Assembly (NCBI GenBank): GCA_041302525.1
Contig: JBFYQX010000005.1
Coordinates: 8,213-72,212, forward strand
Length of the DNA: 64,000 nt
Direction: 5' to 3'
DNA from: Candidatus Bipolaricaulota bacterium
GTDB lineage: Bacteria > Bipolaricaulota > Bipolaricaulia > UBA7950 > UBA9294
How positions within the stretch are numbered: position 1 is the first letter of the stretch; each line of letters begins with the position of its first letter. This document shows, piece by piece, positions 28,360-37,794 of the stretch. The notes under the pieces are model-generated. The model was not told the DNA's origin. It did no database searches and saw only the letters and a program-made list of their open reading frames with translations. Position numbers and translations under genes: made by a program.

Positions 28360-28797
28360 ATGCTGTGGGTCACGCGTTCGCACGTTCACGTGGACCGGGT
28401 CGCTTGTCCGTGGCTGATTCGCCGTTTCGTCGACAGCGACGCCGAGTTCTTCTTTGTTGCCCCGAGCGAAGTGGCAGCGACGGCCGAACGCGCCGGCGCG
28501 ATCCCGTTCGACGTCCCGGGCGCCGAGCTCGGGCACCGCGACGGCGCGTGTTCGTTCGACGCCGTCATCGCTCGGTACGGGCTGAAGGACAAGGCGCTCG
28601 TGCGCATGGCGGCGATCGTCCGCGCCGCGGACACCGACCGGCTGGCGGATGAGCCCTTGGCTGCGGGGCTCGAGGCGCTCGCGACCGGATACAGCATGCG
28701 CTACCCCGACGATCTGGAGAACCTCGAGCGGCAGTTCGAGCTCTACGACGCGCTCTACGCCTGGTGCCGGCTCGACGTCGCGCGGCATGACCGGTAG
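28360..28797 (+). CDS. ChrB C-terminal-domain-like protein (chromate resistance ChrB family), 145 aa
   Basis: RBS AAGGAGAG. The N-terminal WVTRSHVHVDRVACPWLIRRFVDSDAEFFFV resembles the ChrB domain signature (recalled, not verified). Confidence 0.5.
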   Translation: MLWVTRSHVHVDRVACPWLIRRFVDSDAEFFFVAPSEVAATAERAGAIPFDVPGAELGHRDGACSFDAVIARYGLKDKALVRMAAIVRAADTDRLADEPLAAGLEALATGYSMRYPDDLENLERQFELYDALYAWCRLDVARHDR

Positions 28798-30040
28798 CCG
28801 CGGGCGCCGTGGCCTGGCCCGCGTGGCCCGGTTCTTTGGACTGCGGCGCAGCATGGTCGGCCTTCTCGGCATGGCCGTGCTCGTCGGCCTCGGCGAACAC
28901 ATGGCCGAGCAGTTCTTGCCGCTCTACCTGATCGCGCTCGGCGGCGGCTTCGTCTCGGTCGGCGCACTCAACGCAATGGACAACCTGCTCGGCGCCCTCT
29001 ACGCGTTCCCCGGCGGGTACCTGGCCGACCGGATCGGCACCAAGCGGGCGCTGTTCGTGTTCAACCTGCTGTCGATGGCCGGTTTCGCGCTGGTCATCGC
29101 CATCCCGTCGTGGATCGCGGTCGTGGCTGGGGCCGTGCTCTTCCTGTCGTGGACTGCGATCTCGTTGCCGGCCACGATGGGGCTCGTCGCGCGCGTGTTG
29201 CCGAAGGACAAGCGGACGATGGGCGTGTCGATGCACTCGCTGGTGCGTCGCGTTCCGATGGCCCTCGGGCCGGTGGTCGGCGGCGCGCTCATCGGCGCGT
29301 TCGGCGTGACCACCGGCGTGCGCGCTGCCTTTGGCGCAGCGCTGTTCTTTGCCCTGATTGCCCTCGTGCTGCAGCAGGCGCTGATCGAGCCCGACCCGCC
29401 GCGCGACGGGCGCCGCGCCCGGACGGCGGAGGGCCGGCCCTGGCGGCTGTGGCGCGCGATGCGGCCCGAGCTCAGACAACTCCTCGTTGCGGACACCCTG
29501 GTGCGGTTCTGCGAGCAGATCCCGTACGCGTTCGTCGTCGTGTGGGCCGTCGGCACGGCGACGTCGCCCGGCCCGGTGACGGCGCTGCAGTTTGGCGTCC
29601 TACGGACGATCGAGATGGTGACGGCGGTGCTGATCTACATCCCAGTCGCCTACTTCGCCGACCGCAGCCACAAGAAGCCGTTCGTCGTGCTGACGTTCGC
29701 GTTCTTCACGGCGTTCCCGCTCGTCCTCTATGTCTCGCGGTCGTTTGTCGCGCTCGCCCTGGCGTTCGTCCTCCGCGGGTTGAAGGAGTTCGGCGAGCCG
29801 ACGCGCAAGGCGCTGATCATGGACCTCGCGCCCGAAGACCGGAAGGCCGGGATGTTCGGCCTTTACTACCTCGTGCGCGACACGATCGTGTCGGTCGCCG
29901 CGTTCGGCGGCGCGCTTCTGTGGTCGGTGCGCCCGGAGGTCAACCTGTTTGTCGCCTTCGCTTTTGGGCTGGTCGGGACGGTCTGGTTCGCCTGGCGCGG
30001 CCGCGATCTTGGACCCGCGCCCGGCGCCGACGCGGCCTAA
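28787..30040 (+). CDS. MFS transporter, 417 aa, start overlapping the upstream ChrB-like stop by 11 nt
   Basis: 12 predicted TM segments. ATG at 28787 is in frame with the track ORF. An alternative start lies at 28853. Confidence 0.8.
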   Translation: MTGSRGRRGLARVARFFGLRRSMVGLLGMAVLVGLGEHMAEQFLPLYLIALGGGFVSVGALNAMDNLLGALYAFPGGYLADRIGTKRALFVFNLLSMAGFALVIAIPSWIAVVAGAVLFLSWTAISLPATMGLVARVLPKDKRTMGVSMHSLVRRVPMALGPVVGGALIGAFGVTTGVRAAFGAALFFALIALVLQQALIEPDPPRDGRRARTAEGRPWRLWRAMRPELRQLLVADTLVRFCEQIPYAFVVVWAVGTATSPGPVTALQFGVLRTIEMVTAVLIYIPVAYFADRSHKKPFVVLTFAFFTAFPLVLYVSRSFVALALAFVLRGLKEFGEPTRKALIMDLAPEDRKAGMFGLYYLVRDTIVSVAAFGGALLWSVRPEVNLFVAFAFGLVGTVWFAWRGRDLGPAPGADAA

Positions 30041-31416
30041 GGCGCCGAGGCCGCCGCGGGCTCCGCCGACCAGGCGACGCGCCCGCCGACGATGGTCATC
30101 GCGACCTCAATCTCCGCAAGGGCCGGGAGGGGCGCCGAGAGAGGGTTTGCGGACAGGACGACGAGATCGGCGAGCTTGCCGGGCTCGAGCGTGCCGAGAT
30201 CGGCTTCCGCGTGCAGGGCCGCCGCGGCGTCAGCGGTCATCATTCGCAGTCCCCGCCATACTGAGACGATCTGCCCTTCCGACAGCGGCGCGCATGGCTC
30301 CCACGACGTGTAGGCCGGGCTCGCGTTCGCGCGCGAGACGAGGTTCGAGAGTCGAAACAGGGGCGATAGGCTGCCCGGGTCGCCCCACGGCCAGTCGCTG
30401 CCGGCGGCGATTCTCGGCACGGCGATGGCCAGGTCGCCCCAGCGGCGCACGATCGGCGCCAGGTCCGGTGGCAGCATGTCGTCGTAGGCGTCGACGAAAC
30501 AGGCGTTCACTGGCTCGACGACGGCCGCCGCGCCGGCAGCCGCGAAGAGCGGGAGAAGGTCATCGCGGACGAAGAGGTCGTGCAGGAGGAGGGGGCGGAG
30601 CGATGGGGCCGGCTCTCCGGCCGCGATCAGCGCACGGAGTGCCGTCTCGATCGCCGCGTCGCCGATCGCGTGCATCGCGACGGGGAATCCGGCGCTTGCC
30701 GCGTCGGCGATGATCGCGGCGAGATCGTCGACCGAGAAGAGCGGTCGGTCTTCGCCGTACCAGAACGTGCCGGCCGGAGAGAGGCGGGCGCGGACCTCAT
30801 CGCTGAACGAGATCGCTGGGCGTCGCGTGCCGCACGACGAGCGCTCGACAAACACCTTCACGCCGCAGGCTGTTAGCCGCGGCGCGACCTCGGCGAATGG
30901 CACGTAGGCGTTGAACCAGTCGCCATGAACGTCGCCGCAGAGGCCGTTGTACGCCAGGAACAGGCGCGCCCGAACACGGATCGCGCCATCTAGGGCGAGC
31001 GCCGCATAGCGCTCAACGTCGCCGGGCTCGACGACCATCTCGGCCGCCGTCGTGACGCCGTATGACAGGGCGAGCTCCTGCGCCTCGACGATGCTCAGGC
31101 CTGCATCTCCGCAGTCACGGAGGAGGTGCGCGTGGGCATCGATGAACCCAGGAAGAGCCGCCTTGCCGGCAAGATCGACGATCTCGGTCTCCGGCGCGGC
31201 GAGCGCCAGGATCTCCTCGTCTGTGCCGAGTGCCAGGATGCGGTCGCTTAGGATGGCGATGGCCGAGACGGCCGCGGTCTCAGACGTCATCGGCAGGATG
31301 TGACCGTGGGCGAGGATGAGCGATGGGACTGGCGGACCCGCCTCGACGCTGACGGCCGCGGCGAGAAGGACAACCAGGACGAGCACGAAGCAGGAGCCGC
31401 ACGGCCGATGGGTCAT
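30037..31416 (-). CDS. secreted amidohydrolase-family metal-dependent hydrolase, 459 aa
   Basis: Signal peptide, HxH (FIDAHAHL) and distal His/Asp motifs. Its start ATG overlaps the stop of the upstream DUF885 gene (ATGA). Confidence 0.8.
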   Translation of the reverse strand: MTHRPCGSCFVLVLVVLLAAAVSVEAGPPVPSLILAHGHILPMTSETAAVSAIAILSDRILALGTDEEILALAAPETEIVDLAGKAALPGFIDAHAHLLRDCGDAGLSIVEAQELALSYGVTTAAEMVVEPGDVERYAALALDGAIRVRARLFLAYNGLCGDVHGDWFNAYVPFAEVAPRLTACGVKVFVERSSCGTRRPAISFSDEVRARLSPAGTFWYGEDRPLFSVDDLAAIIADAASAGFPVAMHAIGDAAIETALRALIAAGEPAPSLRPLLLHDLFVRDDLLPLFAAAGAAAVVEPVNACFVDAYDDMLPPDLAPIVRRWGDLAIAVPRIAAGSDWPWGDPGSLSPLFRLSNLVSRANASPAYTSWEPCAPLSEGQIVSVWRGLRMMTADAAAALHAEADLGTLEPGKLADLVVLSANPLSAPLPALAEIEVAMTIVGGRVAWSAEPAAASAP

Positions 31417-33224
31417 GGGGCCTCAGAATACGCGGCGCCCGGCGGGGGAGGCGAACTCTGGGCGGTACGGGTGGCGACGAACCGATCGACCACACGCTTG
31501 AGCACGGGCAACGGCACGTTGCCGCAGGACAGGACTGCCTCGTGGAACTGGGCGAGGTCAAAGGCGGGCCCCAGGGCCTCGCGCGCGCGCTCGCGGAGCG
31601 CCAGGATCTCGGCCAGGCCGATGCCGTATGAGACGGCCTGTCCGGGGTTGACGATGTACCGATCGACCTCGTCGCGGACGGTGGCCTCGTCGAGCCCGGT
31701 TGCCTCGGTCATGTACGCGATGGCCTGCTCGTACGTCCAGCGCATGACGTGGATCCCAGGATCCACGACCAGCCGAGCGGCACGGAAGAGCTCCTCCTGC
31801 AGTCGGCCGAGGTTGCCGTGCGGATCGTTCTCGTACGCGCCGAGCTCCCAGGCCAGCCGCTCGGCGTAGGTTGCCCAGCCTTCGGCGTAGCCGGAGAAGA
31901 AGACGCTGTCCCGAAAGCGCGGGAGATTCGACTCCTGGGCCATCGCCGACTGGAGGAAGTGGCCGGGCACGGTCTCGTGGCAGACGAGCGAACGCAACGA
32001 GCAGGCCGGGCGCACCTGGTCGACCGGCACGTAGAACGCCCCGGGCCGCGCCCCGTCGCGCGTGCCTTCAGCGAAGTAGGCGATGTTCTGTCCGGACAGG
32101 ACGACCAAGCGCGCCTGGGGCCAACGCGCAAACGCGGGCCGTGCTCGCTCCGTCATCTCGGCCACGAGGGCCTGGCAGGCTTCGACGGCCGCTGATCCCG
32201 AGACGGTCCCGCAGTCTGCGCGCAGCTGCGCGAAGAGATCCGGGATCGGCAGGGCCACGTCGTACCCCAAGACGGCGGCTGCGGCGCGGACCTCGGCCTG
32301 CACGCGCGCCACCTCGCGTTGGCCGAACGCGTAGATCTCGTCCGGCGTCTTGTCGGTCGTCGTGTAGGCGCGGGCGAGGTAGGCGTAGTACTCGGCGCCC
32401 CCCTCGAGGCGCCACACCCCGATCTCGTCGGAGACGCGGGCGGCGAGGTCTCGAACCTGGCCCGCGAGCTTGATGTAGGCCGGAGCGACCGTGTCGGTCA
32501 CGACCGCCACGGCGCGATCGGCCAGGGACTGTCGATCGTCGGGCTCCATGTCCGCGAGGCCGGCGAGCCCCTCGAGGAAGTGGGCCAGGAGATTCGGCTG
32601 CCCCGGCCGACCGCGGCCGATCGCCTCGATCTCGTCGGCGGTGCGGTGAAGTAGGAACGCGGGAGCCAGGGCTCCCCTGCGTTCGCTTGCCTCCAGGCGC
32701 GTGGCGAGTTCGTCGAAGCGGAGCGGGAAGAGCGCGAGGCGGGTCAGGTAGTCCTCGGCATCCGCAGCGCACGCCAAGGGGTGAACGTGAACCATGAACC
32801 AGGCGAGCGACTGCGGGACACTCGTTAGGTAGGGACTGACCAGACACGTGTAATCCAGGTATGGTCTCGCGTCGAGTGCGCTCTGAAGCCACGCGGCGAA
32901 TGCCGTGGCGGCCACATCGACGCTCCAGGTTTCTCGCGACAAGTCCGCCGTCCGGATGCGCTCCACGGCTTCCGCGAGCGGCGCGTACGACGCGCCGGTT
33001 GCATCGAGAGCCAACCCGTCCAGTCCATCGTTGCGCAAGCCCAGCTCGGCCGCGGCGCCGCGGGTCGTGATCGTCTGCGGCGATTGACGTAGGAGATCAA
33101 GAGCGAGCCGCTCAAGGTAGACAGAGAGAGGCTCCTCAGGCGGCGCGCTGGGCGGGCCTACGTCTGCGGAGAGCCCAAACAAGACCGCGAGGACGAGCAG
33201 GAGGGTCTCGATCAGCCTCCACAT
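31413..33224 (-). CDS. DUF885 family protein (putative metallopeptidase-like), paralog of 12018-13847
   Basis: ATG at 33224 with an AAGGAG RBS. Signal-peptide-like N-terminus, and HETVPGHF aligns to HETIPGHH in the other copy. Confidence 0.8.
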   Translation of the reverse strand: MWRLIETLLLVLAVLFGLSADVGPPSAPPEEPLSVYLERLALDLLRQSPQTITTRGAAAELGLRNDGLDGLALDATGASYAPLAEAVERIRTADLSRETWSVDVAATAFAAWLQSALDARPYLDYTCLVSPYLTSVPQSLAWFMVHVHPLACAADAEDYLTRLALFPLRFDELATRLEASERRGALAPAFLLHRTADEIEAIGRGRPGQPNLLAHFLEGLAGLADMEPDDRQSLADRAVAVVTDTVAPAYIKLAGQVRDLAARVSDEIGVWRLEGGAEYYAYLARAYTTTDKTPDEIYAFGQREVARVQAEVRAAAAVLGYDVALPIPDLFAQLRADCGTVSGSAAVEACQALVAEMTERARPAFARWPQARLVVLSGQNIAYFAEGTRDGARPGAFYVPVDQVRPACSLRSLVCHETVPGHFLQSAMAQESNLPRFRDSVFFSGYAEGWATYAERLAWELGAYENDPHGNLGRLQEELFRAARLVVDPGIHVMRWTYEQAIAYMTEATGLDEATVRDEVDRYIVNPGQAVSYGIGLAEILALRERAREALGPAFDLAQFHEAVLSCGNVPLPVLKRVVDRFVATRTAQSSPPPPGAAYSEAP

Positions 33225-33296
33225 GCCTTCGCTCCTTTCCGCCACCTTGAGGCCATGGGCCCAGAGTGTCGCGCGGGCGCGAGCTTCACGCCGGCC

Positions 33297-34226
33297 TTAT
33301 TTGGGCAACGGGACCGGCGTGCACCAACCCCCGCGCGTGGCGGATCGCCCGTGCGACGCGTCGTCGAAGGCGCAGGCCAACGCCTTCGTGATCTGGCCTG
33401 GCGCTCCGTTCCCGACGGGGCGGCGGTCGACTTCGATCACTGGCGCGAGCTCCATGGCCGTCCCGCAGAGGAAGATCTCGTCGGCCACGTAGAGCTCCGA
33501 GCGGGACACGGTCCGCTCCTCTACGCGCAGTCCCAGATCGCCGGCCAGCGCGAGGAGGCTGTCGCGCGTGATCCCTTCCAAGATGCCGGCGGCGACGTGC
33601 GGGGTCACGAGCCGTCCGTTGCGGACCAGGAAGAGGTTTGACACCGTGGCCTCGGAGACGTTGTTGTCGTCGCCCAGGAGAATCGCGTCATCCAGGCCGG
33701 CGAGGGCGGCCTCGGACTTGGCCAAGGCGGCGTTCACGTAGCCGCCTGTGATCTTGCCACGCGGCGGGATCGCCGCGTCGGAGCATCGCCGCCACGACGA
33801 GACCATGACGCGGAGTCCATCCGCCGTGTTCGCGTAGCGCTCAAGGGGCGTGACGAACATCGACAGCGCGCACGGGCTGTTGTGCAGCCGCGGACCGATC
33901 TCGTGCGCCGCCTTGTACAGGAGAGGTCGGATGTAGGCGTCGCCGCGAATGCGCTCTTGCACGAGGAGCGCGGCGACCGTCGAACTGGCTTCGTCGACCG
34001 AGAGGGGCAGGTCCATGAGCAGCATGCGGCCGTTCCGGCGAAGGCGCTCGAGGTGATCGCGCAGACGAAAGACGAGCAGCGCGTCTTGATCCGGCGCCCA
34101 GTACGCGCGGATCCCCTCGAAGACGGCGAGCCCATAGTTGACGACGGCCGCGAGGATGCTGACCCGCGCCTCTTCCATCGGCCGGATCTCGCCGTCGAAG
34201 TACGCGTAGCGGCTCTCGATGAGCAT
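33297..34226 (-). CDS. ilvE: branched-chain amino acid aminotransferase (class IV aminotransferase)
   Basis: Class IV PLP fold motifs (EGIRAY, ...GGYVNAALA, ...CGTAMEL). RBS GAGAGGAG. Confidence 0.85.
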   Translation of the reverse strand: MLIESRYAYFDGEIRPMEEARVSILAAVVNYGLAVFEGIRAYWAPDQDALLVFRLRDHLERLRRNGRMLLMDLPLSVDEASSTVAALLVQERIRGDAYIRPLLYKAAHEIGPRLHNSPCALSMFVTPLERYANTADGLRVMVSSWRRCSDAAIPPRGKITGGYVNAALAKSEAALAGLDDAILLGDDNNVSEATVSNLFLVRNGRLVTPHVAAGILEGITRDSLLALAGDLGLRVEERTVSRSELYVADEIFLCGTAMELAPVIEVDRRPVGNGAPGQITKALACAFDDASHGRSATRGGWCTPVPLPK

Positions 34227-34238
34227 GGCTTCTCCTCT

Positions 34239-35714
34239 CTAGACGACGACGCTCTCCGCGCCGGTCTTGTGCCAGGACCTAACGTCGGGACGGACCTGCT
34301 TGAGGGCCAGGCCCAGCTTGCGAATGCCGGTCGCGATCGTCTCCAGATCGTGGCAGGCGAAGCACAAGCGGATGCGGTCCTGGCCGCCCGGGTCGGCGTA
34401 GAAGAGCGACCCGACCATGAACCCCAGGCCGAGCTGGATGGCCTCTTCGAGCAGCCGGCGGCTGTCGATGCCTGGGGGCAGCTGAGCCCAGATGAACAGG
34501 CCGCCGTGCGGCACGCTGAACTCGATCGCGCCGCAGTAGCGGCGCAGGGCGGCGGCCATAGCGTCGCGGCGCTCCGCGTAGACCGGGCGGATCCGCTGGA
34601 GGTGCGCGTCCAGGAGCCCGCGTTTGCAGAACTCGTACAGCGCGCCTTGCGCGAGGCTGTTGGTGAACAGGTCGATCACGTTGCGCAGCGCGCTGAGCCG
34701 GCGGACCAGGTCCTCGGGCGCCACGAGCCAGCCCACGCGCAGTCCCGGGAAGACGGACTTCGAGAACGTCGACACGTAGATCACGAGACCGTGGTCGTCG
34801 AGCGAACGCAAGGTGGGGACGTGCGGGCCGTCGTAGCGCAAGGCAGCGTACGCGTCGTCCTCGACGACCGGCAGGCTGTGCTCGGCGCAGATCGCGAGGA
34901 GCCGCCGCCGCTTCTCGATCGAGAGGAGACTACCCGTCGGGTTGTGGTACGTTGGCACGACGTATAGGAACTTCGCCCGCACCCGCTCGAGCGTCGACTC
35001 GAGGCTGTCGAGGTCGATGCCGTCGTCGCGGCACGGCACAGACACCAGACGCGCGCCCGCCGTGCGGAAGGCGCGCAGCGCTCCGGAGTAGGTCGGCGCC
35101 TCCAGAAGCACCGTGTCCCCGGGCTCGATGAACGCCTGGGCGATGAGGTGGAGTCCCTGGGTGGAGCCCGCCGACACGAGGACAGACTCCGGTGTTGAGC
35201 CGATGTGCTCTGCGATCCAGGTCCGCAGCGGCGGGTAGCCGTCGACCGGGCACCACTGGAGCAGCTTCGCCCCCTGCTGGTGCAGGACCTCGCTGGTGAT
35301 CTGCTGGAACGCGGCGTCAGGGTAGAACTCCGGGGAGGGCAGCCCGCCGGCGAACGAGAGGAGGTCTCTCTGGGAGAGCATGCGCAGGACGTCGGCGTAC
35401 TCAGGCTTCTGGGCCCGCACGCGCTCGGTCAGGAGGAGGTCCCAATTCGGATGTCCCCGGGATCCGCTTGCCGTCCGGTCGCTGATCCGCGTGCCTCGAC
35501 CGGCGCGGCCCTCGATCCAGCCTTCGCGGGTGAGCTGCTCGTACGCGCGGACGACGGTGCTGCGGCTCACTCCGAGCGTCTGCGCGAGGTCGCGCGTCGT
35601 CGGCAGGTGCTCGCCGGACGAGAACGCACCTCGCTCAAACTGGCTGCGGAGGGAGTTGGCGATCTGAACGTGGAGCGGCTCCTCACCGCCCGGCATCAGG
35701 TCGACGGAGATCAT
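34239..35714 (-). CDS. MocR/GabR-family transcriptional regulator (GntR HTH + aminotransferase class I/II domain)
   Basis: N-terminal GntR-type HTH (TTRDLAQTLGVSRSTVVRAYEQL) plus a PLP-dependent aminotransferase-like domain. ATG at 35714 with a GAGGAGG RBS. Confidence 0.85.
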   Translation of the reverse strand: MISVDLMPGGEEPLHVQIANSLRSQFERGAFSSGEHLPTTRDLAQTLGVSRSTVVRAYEQLTREGWIEGRAGRGTRISDRTASGSRGHPNWDLLLTERVRAQKPEYADVLRMLSQRDLLSFAGGLPSPEFYPDAAFQQITSEVLHQQGAKLLQWCPVDGYPPLRTWIAEHIGSTPESVLVSAGSTQGLHLIAQAFIEPGDTVLLEAPTYSGALRAFRTAGARLVSVPCRDDGIDLDSLESTLERVRAKFLYVVPTYHNPTGSLLSIEKRRRLLAICAEHSLPVVEDDAYAALRYDGPHVPTLRSLDDHGLVIYVSTFSKSVFPGLRVGWLVAPEDLVRRLSALRNVIDLFTNSLAQGALYEFCKRGLLDAHLQRIRPVYAERRDAMAAALRRYCGAIEFSVPHGGLFIWAQLPPGIDSRRLLEEAIQLGLGFMVGSLFYADPGGQDRIRLCFACHDLETIATGIRKLGLALKQVRPDVRSWHKTGAESVVV

Positions 35715-35832
35715 ACCAACCTCCTCTTGGTCGTGACCAAATAGAGCGTAAGCCGACCCATGGTGGCCCGCAAGGCGACTTGGTTCGGTCAAATGCGTCG
35801 GCCCCCGACGCGGAGGAGCGCCGACCGTGGGG

Positions 35833-36327
35833 TCACGCGGGCGAAGGCGGAGCGTCAACTGCTCGCACGGAGGCCCGCGCGACGGTCTCGTTGTCCGCGG
35901 CGAACGTGAACTCCGCCTCGAGGATCTCGCCGGCCAGGGCGCGAGGGAGCCAGATGCGGTCGTCTTGCCACATCGCGGCGAAGGGGAGGGCCGCAGCGGC
36001 GAACCAGCGCGGGGCCATCTCTTCGGTCTCGTGCGGCTCGCCTTCCCAACGGTGGGCCACGAAGAGCGTCACGTCGTGGTCGAAGCGGGTCTCGGCAGGG
36101 AAGAAGAACGTGATCCGGCCGGCGGGGACAAGGTCGGCCGGCGCGACGCGCACGCCCGCTTCTTCGGCGACCTCGCGCGTCGCCGCGGCGCGCGCATCCT
36201 CGCCGGGCTCGATCTTGCCCCCGAAGCCGTTGTATTTCCCCTGGCCGAACCCGCGCTTCTTGCGGCCGAGGAGCACCGCGTTGGGCGACCCGCGACGGAT
36301 GAGAAAGACGAGCGTGGCACGTTTCAT
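35833..36327 (-). CDS. NUDIX hydrolase (MutT-like), 164 aa
   Basis: Nudix box GKIEPGEDARAAATREVAEEAGV. Confidence 0.8.
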   Translation of the reverse strand: MKRATLVFLIRRGSPNAVLLGRKKRGFGQGKYNGFGGKIEPGEDARAAATREVAEEAGVRVAPADLVPAGRITFFFPAETRFDHDVTLFVAHRWEGEPHETEEMAPRWFAAAALPFAAMWQDDRIWLPRALAGEILEAEFTFAADNETVARASVRAVDAPPSPA

Positions 36328-36425
36328 GAGGCTCGCGGAGAGGATACCCGTTCGCCCCACGGCGGACCCGGGCATCGCTGTGCGGGCGCGGATACACTCT
36401 CCCCGTCTGGCGTTAGGGAGGCGCG

Positions 36426-37781
36426 ATGGGCACAACACTCGTCTGCGGGGGGACGTTGGTCGATCAGGGCAGGCAGCGCGAGGTGGACCTCCTCGTGCGC
36501 GACGGGCGGGTGGCCGAAGTCGCGGCCGGCCTGCGCGCGCGGGCCGATCGGACGATCGACGCGAGCGGCCTGTACGTACTTCCGGGCGTCATTGACGTCC
36601 ACACCCACCCGGTCTACGTTGACGACCTCGAGGGTCTTCCGGTCACCGCCGCGCACGGTGGGATCACGACCGTGGTCCACTACGCCTACGCCAAGCCCGG
36701 GACGACGCTGCGCGATGCGATCCGCAGCTTCCGCGAGGAGGCAGAACGGGTCTCGGTCCTCGACTTTGCCCTTCACGGCGGACTCTTTGATCCCAAGCGG
36801 CAGTCGGGCGAGATTCCGGAAGCGATTGCCGCGGGCGTCACGTCGTTCAAGATGTTCATGACGTACGCCAAGCTCGGCTGGATGACCGACGACTACCAGC
36901 TGATGCGCACGCTCGACATCCTGGGCAAGGCAGGCGGGTTGGGCATCGTCCACGCCGAGAACGGGCTCGCCACCGACTACCTCGAGGACGCGGCGAACGC
37001 AGCGGGCCGAGATCCGGTCGAGGCGTTCATCTGGACGCGACCGGCGGCGCTCGAGGCCGAGGCGGTGGGACGGGCGATCGCGATGGCCGAGGTGGCGCGG
37101 TGCCCGCTCTACATTGCGCACGTCAGCGCGGCGCGGGCGCTCGACGTGGTCGCCCAGGCGCGGCGCATCGGCCACCGCGTGTACGCCGAGACGTGCCCGC
37201 AGTACCTGACCCTGACGAACCGCGACCTTCTGGACAAGAAGGCGCTGCTCAAGATTGGCCCACCGTTGCGCGACGCGTTGGACCGGGACGCGCTGTGGCG
37301 CGGGCTTGCTGACGGCGTGCTCGACGTGGTGGCGAGCGACCACGCGGCGAAGGACAAACGGGCCGAGGACGACTTCTTCACCGCGCCGTTCGGCACGCCG
37401 CAGGCGGAGACCATGCTTCGTCTCGTCTATGACGGCGTGGCGCGGGGCGTTCTCTCCCTCGAGCGCATGGTCCGCGCGGTGGCCGAGAACCCGGCCCGCA
37501 TCTTCGGCCTGTACCCGCGCAAGGGGACCCTCGCGCCGGGAAGCGACGCCGACCTGGTCCTCTACGATCCGAGGGTTCGGGAGCCGATCGCGTGGCGGAC
37601 GCAGCACTCCCGCGCGTCGTACACACCGTACGAGGGGCGTGAGGTCGTGGGAATGCCGACCCTCACCATGCAACGCGGCGAGGTGTTGGTGGAGAAGGGC
37701 GAGCTTGTGGCGCGGCCCGGGCGGGCCCAGTTTCTTCCGACCCGAGCCGGCCGCGTCGACGTGCGCGAACTCGTTGCGTGA
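36426..37781 (+). CDS. pyrC: dihydroorotase-like cyclic amidohydrolase (pyrC-like)
   Basis: DVHTHP HxH motif and amidohydrolase fold. It sits immediately upstream of pyrB. Dihydropyrimidinase or allantoinase cannot be excluded. Confidence 0.75.
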   Translation: MGTTLVCGGTLVDQGRQREVDLLVRDGRVAEVAAGLRARADRTIDASGLYVLPGVIDVHTHPVYVDDLEGLPVTAAHGGITTVVHYAYAKPGTTLRDAIRSFREEAERVSVLDFALHGGLFDPKRQSGEIPEAIAAGVTSFKMFMTYAKLGWMTDDYQLMRTLDILGKAGGLGIVHAENGLATDYLEDAANAAGRDPVEAFIWTRPAALEAEAVGRAIAMAEVARCPLYIAHVSAARALDVVAQARRIGHRVYAETCPQYLTLTNRDLLDKKALLKIGPPLRDALDRDALWRGLADGVLDVVASDHAAKDKRAEDDFFTAPFGTPQAETMLRLVYDGVARGVLSLERMVRAVAENPARIFGLYPRKGTLAPGSDADLVLYDPRVREPIAWRTQHSRASYTPYEGREVVGMPTLTMQRGEVLVEKGELVARPGRAQFLPTRAGRVDVRELVA

Positions 37782-37794
37782 AGGGAGAGCTACG

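Noticed and set aside
28249-28902. 217-aa minus-strand ORF opposite the ACT and ChrB-like genes
   Set aside because: Antisense shadow ORF. The plus-strand genes have strong RBS-start pairs (AGGAGG, AAGGAGAG) and recognisable domains.
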